24,000 nt of DNA from an uncultured Candidatus Woesearchaeota archaeon (GCA_963835585.1 CAWIGF010000003.1:217347-241346), one strand, 5' to 3'. Counted from the stretch's first letter, positions 15,822 to 22,817 are shown. Translations and numbers: made by a program. Notes: a model not told the origin generated them from the sequence alone.

Positions 15822-17769
15822 TATTCTTGATGTAGTGCTTAAAGTCGATTTCGGCAGGAAGATTCGATTTCTTGAGGGATTCGAACAACTTCTTGAAATA
15901 CGTAATGTCATTATTCTCATATTTTGGCTCAAGAACGCTCCACATACTCTTCTGCGCCTCCATGTCAAATGCATGAGTTTTACGCCCAGAATATATCTTC
16001 GCTTTCTTTATTGTTGCTCCTTTGAACTGCAATCTGCACTCATCATTTTTGAAGAGATCTATGAATTTGCAATCATTTGATTTTACAACAAAGATATATT
16101 TGCTTCCACTCTGTAGCATGAGAGGCCCAGAACTCAAGGATTTCTTGAAAAAGTCTCTAACATTTCCCTTGAAAACCGAGAAGTCAAATCTTTTGTTTGA
16201 ATATATGAGCTCGCTCTTTTCAGGGGACATATCGAAATCAACAACAGCCATAATTTGTGTTATTTCCTTCCCAGATAGCCACAATCTATTCTTAATATTG
16301 ATTGAATTTTTATCGAGAGTGATGGACAGAGGAGAATTAATTTGGGGAAAGAAAAATTTATTCGCAAACCCGAACAACGTCTTTAACATATACAATATGA
16401 TGATTATTCCAAGTATGATTGCGATGAATATACCAATGTATGTAACAGTCTTGGAAGAGAAGGAAGGAAGTATGGTAATTGATTGTTGTGCTGCGGCTAC
16501 CTGTGTAACGTTGTTATTATCAACGTAAGCCACCGTCGCCCTGATTACATATTCCCCGTTTAAATTTGCTGGTATCTGCAGTGTTCTAACGACGCTGGCG
16601 CTTGTCTCTACGGCTAATGTAGTGATATCGCTGACAAGTAGCTTTGATAAATCTTGACTCCACAACCTAACAGTCAACTGTACATCAACTTCTTTTGCTC
16701 CTCCTAGGTTGTATAGCTCTATGGTTACTGGAAGGTCGTTGCCTGCCTGGATATTTTCATTGATTTGGCCTAGTTGTATGTCAAGTAGTTTTTGTCCATA
16801 ATTAACAACGTCAATCGTCACAGGGACTGTTGTCATCATGTTGCCCAATGCTATCTCTATATTTCCGCTATATTTTCCGATTGGTGTATTGGGCTCAGTA
16901 TTAATTATTATATTGATATTATTCGATTCTCCGGGGCCGAGTGTGAAATCGGTCGTTTCAAAGCTTATGAATTGCGCAATATTTCCTGTGACACTTACCT
17001 TAACCTCTGTTTCCGTTGCGAGGGTGTTTGTTATGCTTATTTCAGATGTTTCGTGTTCATTTTGATATGCCTCAATAGTTAGAGGCACAGAAACAATGCT
17101 CTGAACTTCTTGCATTGTTTGGTTTATTGCGGTCTCAACAGCTGTGGCAACTATGCCCGCACTCGTTCCGCCACCAGTACTGCTCGGTGGCAAAGAAGGA
17201 GATGGGGGCAGTCCGAAAATACCGAATATGCTAAGGTGCGTTGTGTTGGCCCAAACATATTCATCAATAGTATCAACTCCCCCCTCCGGCGGATTAAATA
17301 CGGTCCACGTCTGACTACTATCATTGAAATACTCTAGCCTTAGAGAACCCTCGTCTAAATTTAATGCATTTACGGCGGCTTTCGAATAAAATACCTTTAC
17401 AATTACATCAGTTATGTTATCCACATTTTCGCTAAAATTTACATATTTTCCATAAGGTAGAAGGAAGTAATCGGATGTGTTTGTAGGATTGCTCGCATAG
17501 AATGAAGTATTCACTACAGCAAGCTGCGAACTTGACGTTGATACTGTTGCTTCCACTCCATAATCAGAGCCACCAATAGTTCCAGAATAATTAGAGCCAA
17601 TAGCTCCGGAACCAGATGAGGAATTGAGATTGAAAGCAAGAGAAGGAAATACACTTACTGAGCTTACTAAGGCCAAGGATAGAGATTCATTAGTGTCGCC
17701 ATAAGCTGCAACAAAAAATAGACACGATATTATCAGAATACTAAGGCACAGTTTCTTGTTCATGTTCAT
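15796..17769 (-). CDS. type-I membrane surface protein: signal peptide, PGF-pre-PGF-like and CARDB/NEW3-like beta-sandwich modules, TM helix, ~200-aa cytoplasmic domain of unknown function
   Basis: The ORF track starts at 17856. I prefer ATG 17769 (MNMNKKLCLSILIISCLFFVAAYG is a signal peptide), which cuts the overlap with the upstream gene to 29 nt. EGSLRLEYFNDSSQTWTVF...HLSIFGIFG resembles the archaeal PGF-pre-PGF domain. PSPSLPPSS linker. ELYNLGGAKEVDV is CARDB-like. TM helix YIGIFIAIILGIIIILYML. Confidence 0.75.
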   Translation of the reverse strand: MNMNKKLCLSILIISCLFFVAAYGDTNESLSLALVSSVSVFPSLAFNLNSSSGSGAIGSNYSGTIGGSDYGVEATVSTSSSQLAVVNTSFYASNPTNTSDYFLLPYGKYVNFSENVDNITDVIVKVFYSKAAVNALNLDEGSLRLEYFNDSSQTWTVFNPPEGGVDTIDEYVWANTTHLSIFGIFGLPPSPSLPPSSTGGGTSAGIVATAVETAINQTMQEVQSIVSVPLTIEAYQNEHETSEISITNTLATETEVKVSVTGNIAQFISFETTDFTLGPGESNNINIIINTEPNTPIGKYSGNIEIALGNMMTTVPVTIDVVNYGQKLLDIQLGQINENIQAGNDLPVTIELYNLGGAKEVDVQLTVRLWSQDLSKLLVSDITTLAVETSASVVRTLQIPANLNGEYVIRATVAYVDNNNVTQVAAAQQSITILPSFSSKTVTYIGIFIAIILGIIIILYMLKTLFGFANKFFFPQINSPLSITLDKNSINIKNRLWLSGKEITQIMAVVDFDMSPEKSELIYSNKRFDFSVFKGNVRDFFKKSLSSGPLMLQSGSKYIFVVKSNDCKFIDLFKNDECRLQFKGATIKKAKIYSGRKTHAFDMEAQKSMWSVLEPKYENNDITYFKKLFESLKKSNLPAEIDFKHYIKNIISILRQW

Positions 17770-18502
17770 TTGTATTTTCGCTCTTTTTCTTTTTAAATCT
17801 ATCCCTGGTTTTTCGTTTAATCCATGATGAGAATCCATGCTGCTTGATCTTTTCATATTCCTTTATCATCCTTTTCTTCTTCTGTCTAATATAGCGCATG
17901 ATTCTGTTCATCCGTATTCCTATATAGAATACGATTGTAAGGGCCATTAGGAAGAACAGTTCATTAAGCCACTTGTTTTGTTCATAGAATTTATCAATTG
18001 TCCTGGAAATCCAGTTGACTATTCCTTTTATGCCGCTGAATATCCCATTGAGTATTCTGTTTATGAAAGACGGTGGGTACTTGTAATCTATTTGTATGGA
18101 TCTGGTTACTTCCTCTATTATGTTGAATGTTCCTTTGTTTCCGCTAGCAACAGACGTGCTTATATCGAGACTGTATGTTCCGGGCGTAATTCCAGTAGAA
18201 TTGACACTTATTATCACATCGGCTATACCATCTTCGGCTGGGTTCCCTCTATGAATGACGGCAAGTGGCGGATTAATGGTCATTGTTTGCGGATATGCCG
18301 ATGCTCTGTGCCCCAAATCACCACCAAAAGAAACGCTATATTCGCTTGTTTGTCCATCATTATTTATGATAGAAATGCTTATGCTGAAATTTTGTCCGAT
18401 TGTCGCGTTGAATGTCTTTGAGGGGGGAATTGCCATGCCTACAGCAAACGCGCTGCTTGCAAGAATGAGAAGAAGTAATGGGATGGTTATGATTTTCTTC
18501 AT
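17741..18502 (-). CDS. type-I membrane protein: signal peptide, one Ig-like ectodomain, TM helix, highly basic cytoplasmic tail
   Basis: 253 aa. MKKIITIPLLLLILASSAFA signal peptide. Beta-sandwich-like pattern (GQNFSISISIINN...TPGTYSLDISTS). TM helix LFFLMALTIVFYIGI. Tail RYIRQKKKRMIKEYEKIK...RKTRDRFKKKK. Confidence 0.7.
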   Translation of the reverse strand: MKKIITIPLLLLILASSAFAVGMAIPPSKTFNATIGQNFSISISIINNDGQTSEYSVSFGGDLGHRASAYPQTMTINPPLAVIHRGNPAEDGIADVIISVNSTGITPGTYSLDISTSVASGNKGTFNIIEEVTRSIQIDYKYPPSFINRILNGIFSGIKGIVNWISRTIDKFYEQNKWLNELFFLMALTIVFYIGIRMNRIMRYIRQKKKRMIKEYEKIKQHGFSSWIKRKTRDRFKKKKSENTNEHEQETVP

Positions 18503-18547
18503 AAATTTGAAAGAAAAAGTGGGAATAAAAACCTGTCGGTTTCAGGC
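18503..18547 (-). promoter_or_regulatory. intergenic hairpin plus T-tracts (attenuator or internal promoter)
   Basis: Minus strand: gCCTGaaaccgaCAGGtttttattcccactttttc directly follows the stop of the 294-aa gene. The TTTTTATT element is also centred about 27 nt upstream of ATG 18502, so its role is ambiguous. Confidence 0.3.
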
Positions 18548-19432
18548 TTATCCCTGAATATTAAATGTCATATTTCCAGTATAGTTTTGTTGCGATATTC
18601 CATTTGGCGTGGAGATGTAAAAGTATACTTTCTGAACGCTTCCTCCTGTTACTCCGTTTGCGATAGTTGCAGGAGCTGCAGATGGAAGTGCAATCTTTCC
18701 GCCTGCTGATCCAACTCCAGTATCAGTTATATTGAACGTTACATTTCCAGGACCTATGGCTTGGGCAGGCGTTGTCTGGCCAACCAAACTCGTTCCGTTG
18801 ACGCTGTAGTTCGCTGGAATATTACCTGTATTGTTAAGAAGAAGTGGGAAACCATTTACCGTTCCGTAGTAGATCCCAGCTACTGCCGTTCCATTCTCTG
18901 CTCTTTGCGCAGTCTGACCGACTGTTTGGTTACCGAAGCTGATTGGAGCGTTTCCTAGTGCCGTCGAGAGAACGCTGCTGACAGTGAATGATGTTGCATT
19001 TACCACAGTAGCTATGCCATCACTAAATGTTATATTTACAGTCCATGTCCCTGCTGCCGCTGTACTTGGCAATGTGTATGTATTGTTCGAAAAGATTGCA
19101 CCAGTCAGGCTGGTTCCACTAGCTAAGCTGAGGTTTGTGGGTCCACCCTGTGCTGCTCCTGTCGTATTGTAATAAATTATACTTGCTGTAATTGTATCGC
19201 TGTTATTATCAGTGATGTTCGCTAGAAACGTGAGTGTATTTCCTGGACTCGCAGGATTTGGTGTTACATTTGCATATACAAGAACAGGAGGAGTATTAGT
19301 GATAAACACAGTCATAGTTGTGTTCAAGTATTGTGTTGTTGCAAAACCAACGCCAAGCAATGCTATGCTCGCAATCACAAGAAATACGAATAAAACTAGA
19401 TTACCTCTTGCAACAGTATGTCTTTCGTCCAT
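18548..19432 (-). CDS. secreted/anchored surface subunit with pilin-like N-terminus, Ig-like module and shared C-terminal module
   Basis: 294 aa. N-terminus MDERHTVARG-NLVLFVFLVIASIALLGVG (charged, then R-G, then a hydrophobic stretch). Module with LANITD signature. The last 147 aa are homologous to the C-terminus of the 992-aa protein (GFPLLLNNTGNI vs GFPMVVQNTGNI; SQQNYTGNMTF vs SQQYTGNITI). About 18 sequons. Confidence 0.72.
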   Translation of the reverse strand: MDERHTVARGNLVLFVFLVIASIALLGVGFATTQYLNTTMTVFITNTPPVLVYANVTPNPASPGNTLTFLANITDNNSDTITASIIYYNTTGAAQGGPTNLSLASGTSLTGAIFSNNTYTLPSTAAAGTWTVNITFSDGIATVVNATSFTVSSVLSTALGNAPISFGNQTVGQTAQRAENGTAVAGIYYGTVNGFPLLLNNTGNIPANYSVNGTSLVGQTTPAQAIGPGNVTFNITDTGVGSAGGKIALPSAAPATIANGVTGGSVQKVYFYISTPNGISQQNYTGNMTFNIQG

Positions 19433-19464
19433 CTACCCTCTTTGCTTTTTAGTTTGAAGTCTGA

Positions 19465-19472
19465 TTTATATA
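19465..19472 (-). promoter_or_regulatory. TATA box (tttatata) for 294-aa gene
   Basis: About 36 nt upstream of ATG 19432. AGAGGGT (SD-like) lies directly upstream of the ATG. Confidence 0.45.
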
Positions 19473-19565
19473 CTTTTCTCTTGTCTTTTTTGTCCCAGAA
19501 TAGTACTTATTTTAGCTTTTTTACCCTGGAAACTACTTTTGCTACATTCACAGATAATTCTAATC

Positions 19566-20051
19566 TTATATTTCTCTTTCTTTGCAGATCTCTTCCAGGT
19601 TGCGTTTCGATATCTCCATCTCATCTATATCATCATCAGTATAGAGCTGAGGATAAATTTTGCAATACTTGACCAATGCCTCGAAAAAATCTCTTCTCAT
19701 CTTAAGATATTCTGGCTTGATTGATTCAGGGACTAAATTTAGTTCCCTATCTAATGCAAGAACGCATCTGTTCCGTTCGTCATATCTTATTTCTGCAAAT
19801 TCAATGTATTCGTGAATTGCTACATATTTTCTGAAGCCTTCTTTCACTTTGTCAGATACACCAATAAGAACTCCATCTTTTGGATCTCCACTCATTCTGA
19901 ATGCAAAATTTTGTAAATTTGGGTTTATCGATTGTGGCAGGATGAAATAAGAAAAATCTCTATTTCCTAGTTCAACCCTCACTTCTTCGTAACCCTTACT
20001 TCTGAAATGTTTTTTCGTTTCCTCAATCTCTATTTTTGTGAATTTTTTCAT
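19566..20051 (-). CDS. hypothetical protein (161 aa)
   Basis: Long clean ORF with a TATA at -27. I recognise no family. HEYIEF is not a HExxH motif. Confidence 0.6.
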   Translation of the reverse strand: MKKFTKIEIEETKKHFRSKGYEEVRVELGNRDFSYFILPQSINPNLQNFAFRMSGDPKDGVLIGVSDKVKEGFRKYVAIHEYIEFAEIRYDERNRCVLALDRELNLVPESIKPEYLKMRRDFFEALVKYCKIYPQLYTDDDIDEMEISKRNLEEICKEREI

Positions 20052-20073
20052 GTTGCCAACTTCTGATTATTCA

Positions 20074-20080
20074 CTTATAA
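20074..20080 (-). promoter_or_regulatory. TATA box (cttataa)
   Basis: Centre is 26-27 nt upstream of ATG 20051. Confidence 0.45.
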
Positions 20081-20195
20081 GTTTTGTCTTATTTATTTTC
20101 TATATGGTGATTTATTCAAAGGTATAAACAAATCTCACTTCGTTGGTATTTTCCTTACAAAGTGTTATTCTCACTTTAGTTGATGTTCGAGATAA

Positions 20196-20281
20196 TGCCG
20201 ACATTTGTAGAAATCATTTGTGTAGGCATTCTGGATATTTTTGTCGACATTCGTATATTATATTGAACTCATGTCGAAATT
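20196..20281. repeat. dispersed short motif TG(Y)CGA(C/A)ATT x3 plus CATTTGT(GT)AG x2 in non-coding spacer
   Basis: tgccgacatt 20196-20205, tgtcgacatt 20242-20251, tgtcgaaatt 20272-20281. catttgtag 20202-20210 and catttgtgtag 20215-20225. Confidence 0.5.
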
Positions 20282-20377
20282 ATATCGTTAGTGCATTATA
20301 CCGAATGATTAAAACATTTAATCACTAAATATATCAAAAAAATAGAGCACGAAATATTTTGATTAAATTATTTAATT

Positions 20378-20872
20378 TTAGCTTAAATCTTCTTGTTTAT
20401 TTCTTTGTGTTGAAGCTATTTTTTCGTTTTTTATCAATTTCTGCAGTTCCTGAACATACTTCATTGATGTTTCAAGATGGTTATTGATTTTCTGCACTGC
20501 CTTCTCAAACGAGCTTTCCAAAGTGTTTCCGTTGAGCTTATACCCGATTATAACCTTTCCCTCATTGATATAGGACGTTTTGGTGATAAGATCAAGTTCT
20601 ATCCATCTTTTAAGGTAATCATACATAGTTTGCCTAGTGATTCCTGCGTGAATCCCCATCTCCTCTACAGTCATCACAGAAGCTTCCGGGTGTTTCTCTC
20701 GCTGCGCAAGCTTCATTTTCTCATACAGCTCAATAAGTACGTTGTGCATTTTGTCCGTTGCACCCTCTTTCCTTGGCATTAGTCCCATCCTGTGCATTAT
20801 CACTTTTGTGAGCTCCTCAGCAGTGGGATTCATGCTTGGTTCGTGATCTGAGATGATTATTTTTGCTGGCAT
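20378..20872 (-). CDS. winged-HTH DNA-binding protein (164 aa), putative regulator
   Basis: MTVEEMGIHAGITRQTMYDYLKRWIELDLITK is an HTH plus wing. The C-terminal helical tail is charged. AGAGGT (SD-like) lies 5 nt upstream of the ATG. Confidence 0.6.
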   Translation of the reverse strand: MPAKIIISDHEPSMNPTAEELTKVIMHRMGLMPRKEGATDKMHNVLIELYEKMKLAQREKHPEASVMTVEEMGIHAGITRQTMYDYLKRWIELDLITKTSYINEGKVIIGYKLNGNTLESSFEKAVQKINNHLETSMKYVQELQKLIKNEKIASTQRNKQEDLS

Positions 20873-21116
20873 TTTAACCTCTTTTATACCGAATTCTTTC
20901 GGCGTAATTTTTGTCTACTGTAGATATTATGCCGTTTGGTTAATAAGTCTCACGCGCGGTTGTCCTGTGGAAACTTATAAATTTTAATCAATGCTTAAAA
21001 GATATATAAAGAATCTATGTTTAAGGCCATAAAAACCACTTACTTCGCTTTCACGCCATAAATATCCTTATTTTTGCTATTTGTTTGCCAAAAATTTCTA
21101 TGGAAAATATACACCT

Positions 21117-21233
21117 TCGGAATTATCCCGTAATTAGCTCTTTTTGGATCAAACTTGTTTTTACGGCAAAACACCAAAGTCGTGCACTATCTCGACATAG
21201 TCGGAATTATCCCTGTTCTTTGGAAATCATCCC
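21117..21233 (+). repeat. iteron-like direct repeats TCGGAATTATCCC x2 plus degenerate TGGAAATCATCCC
   Basis: Exact 13-mers at 21117-21129 and 21201-21213 (84 bp apart), with a degenerate third copy at 21221-21233. They lie in the 531-bp non-coding spacer 20873-21403. Confidence 0.6.
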
Positions 21234-21403
21234 GACAAAAACCATCAACCCTTGCCTACTCAGGAAGGGGGGTTCCGCAATCAAACATGGCAAAACTATG
21301 TAGATTTGGAGAAGATAGCGACACACAGGGGAGTTTCAGGTGTGATTTGGAGATTTTCTCGGCAGAATATATTAGTATACGAAAATATGATGTCAATTTC
21401 TAA

Positions 21404-21757
21404 TCATTTTTGGTTGTAAAAAATCGAGTTTTGCTGCTCAAATGCATCTAAAAATTCACGCCGGAGCAATGCCCATGCTTGTCTGTTGTCAAAAGTGAGA
21501 TAATCAAAATTGAATAAGGGTGGATAAATGTGGTCTGTATAAAATTGTTTTATCGCCATGAAGTCTAGGTCTTGTTCCCGTTCGTATTGTGGTTTGTTGG
21601 CATATTCCTTTGCAGTGACGAGATCCGTTTCTGTTATTGCATTTAGGCATTGTTTGAAGAAAATATTGAGCATCCAGTTATCTGTTCGGTTAATCCGTTC
21701 CTGAAGCTCAAGATGCTCTTGCCTCTTTTGAGCCATGAATTTTGTAAGTGGGTCCAT
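21404..21757 (-). CDS. hypothetical protein (117 aa)
   Basis: ORF with its own TATA at -27. No family recognised. Confidence 0.55.
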   Translation of the reverse strand: MDPLTKFMAQKRQEHLELQERINRTDNWMLNIFFKQCLNAITETDLVTAKEYANKPQYEREQDLDFMAIKQFYTDHIYPPLFNFDYLTFDNRQAWALLRREFLDAFEQQNSIFYNQK

Positions 21758-21774
21758 ATTCCGACCATAACTAA

Positions 21775-21786
21775 CTTATATTTAAA
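21775..21786 (-). promoter_or_regulatory. TATA box (cttatatttaaa)
   Basis: About 26 nt upstream of ATG 21757. The same 12-mer occurs at 22790-22801. Confidence 0.5.
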
Positions 21787-21810
21787 TCTTAAAGAAAAAG
21801 TGAGAGTTTG

Positions 21811-22287
21811 TCATCTTGCCGCATATTTCTGTTCTGCTGCTTCTTTTGTGATGTATGGGAAAGGGATAACTGTCGCCATTTGTCTCTTTTTTGTTTCTTC
21901 ATATGCTTTCCTAACCAAGTTCTCAACAATTTCAAATCTTTTTAGTGGTCTTCCATGCTTTGGCCAATTTATCTCCGATAAAATACCAATGTGATCCTTT
22001 CCAAATCCATCATGATAACCTGAATTGGTAATTTCTATCTTGAATCCATCTCTTGTCAGAATATTGTACTTTATGTCTTGTGCAAAACGGATTTCTTTTT
22101 TCGTGAATCTTTCTCTTAGCTGAAGCTTTGTTCCAAAATCAAATGTGACTGATCGTTTTGAAGAATTTTCAATGTCGATTTTAACTCCATTTTTCTCAAG
22201 TCTATTTACGATATGCTCAATATCGAGTTCTGCCAAGTATTTCACTTTTCTTATGGTGTCGATGAAGAATGTGTGTATAATAGGCAT
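21811..22287 (-). CDS. hypothetical protein (158 aa)
   Basis: ORF with its own TATA at -27. No family recognised. Confidence 0.6.
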   Translation of the reverse strand: MPIIHTFFIDTIRKVKYLAELDIEHIVNRLEKNGVKIDIENSSKRSVTFDFGTKLQLRERFTKKEIRFAQDIKYNILTRDGFKIEITNSGYHDGFGKDHIGILSEINWPKHGRPLKRFEIVENLVRKAYEETKKRQMATVIPFPYITKEAAEQKYAAR

Positions 22288-22308
22288 TGTCGTTTCCTCT
22301 AGCTGCCA

Positions 22309-22317
22309 ATATATAAA
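22309..22317 (-). promoter_or_regulatory. TATA box (atatataaa)
   Basis: Centre is about 26-27 nt upstream of ATG 22287. Confidence 0.5.
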
Positions 22318-22360
22318 TTTTGTGATAATTTGTTATTGGTAAGAAATAGAAGAAATCAAA

Positions 22361-22771
22361 TCACAGTTTTCTATGACTTTTTGACTCAGCAAGATAACCC
22401 ATAATTATGTGACTAAGACTACTTATTATTTTGCCATCTTTTGGTATTTCTTTCACATTCAATCGTCCAACTATTGGCTTCAATAATGGACTATTAAAAT
22501 ATGGGTCCTTAAGATTAGTGCCAATTAAAAATATTTTCGGGGAATAGTGGGTAGTGTGCATGATTTCGGCGAATTTACCTGCGCTATTAGGAATTAGCGC
22601 GGTGGCGTCAATTGCAATAATATCTGATTTTGAGCTCTTGATATGTTCGCAACCATAGGCGATACTTTCTGAATAATAGATTGCGCAATTATTTTTGAAT
22701 ATATCATTTAATAATTCACATAATTCTTTTCGACTATCTTTGTCTGGGTAAATTAACGCAAATTCAACCAT
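22361..22771 (-). CDS. hypothetical protein, possibly a degenerate stand-alone receiver (CheY-like) domain
   Basis: 136 aa. ALIYPDKD (acidic pocket?), DIIAIDATAL (D55, phospho-acceptor position), IFLIGTN (T85), LLKP (K98-P). The order matches REC but the spacing to the Lys is short, so the functional call is weak. Confidence 0.45.
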   Translation of the reverse strand: MVEFALIYPDKDSRKELCELLNDIFKNNCAIYYSESIAYGCEHIKSSKSDIIAIDATALIPNSAGKFAEIMHTTHYSPKIFLIGTNLKDPYFNSPLLKPIVGRLNVKEIPKDGKIISSLSHIIMGYLAESKSHRKL

Positions 22772-22789
22772 TCACCAGACAAAACCAAG

Positions 22790-22801
22790 CTTATATTTAA
22801 A
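22790..22801 (-). promoter_or_regulatory. TATA box (cttatatttaaa)
   Basis: About 26 nt upstream of ATG 22771. Confidence 0.5.
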
Positions 22802-22817
22802 GTTTATTAGGTAGAAA

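Noticed and set aside
12843-19432. Archaeosortase, sortase or S-layer anchoring signals (PGF-CTERM, LPXTG, SLH) on the surface proteins.
   Set aside because: The C-termini (…ITIVAESK, …MTFNIQG, …ISILRQW) lack a PGF or LPXTG tripartite signal, so anchoring appears to be via N- or C-terminal TM helices only.
19566-20051. HEYIEF in the 161-aa protein, considered as a zinc metallopeptidase (ImmA-like) paired with the neighbouring HTH protein.
   Set aside because: The motif is HExxE, not HExxH, and no third ligand motif is evident. That is insufficient for a protease call.
20143-20328. 61-aa plus-strand ORF (TTG start) in the 326-bp spacer, and the 72- and 82-aa ORFs at 21085-21403.
   Set aside because: Non-ATG or unsupported starts, Cys/Arg/Ile-rich odd composition, and no promoter at the characteristic -27 spacing. 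These are probably non-coding regions containing repeats.
21265-21282. gggggttccgcaatc resembles the tRNA T-arm (GGGGTTCGATTCC). I considered it as an attR-type duplication marking a genomic island integrated at tRNA-Arg (12.1-21.3 kb).
   Set aside because: Only a 7-nt exact match (GGGGTTC), which is expected by chance in 12 kb. There is no integrase gene and no extended acceptor-stem duplication.
20873-21403. Chromosomal replication origin (ORB-like repeats flanking AT-rich DNA).
   Set aside because: No adjacent orc1/cdc6 gene. The repeats do not resemble known ORB or mini-ORB consensus sequences as I recall them and are all direct rather than inverted around a DUE. Kept only as an iteron-like repeat observation.
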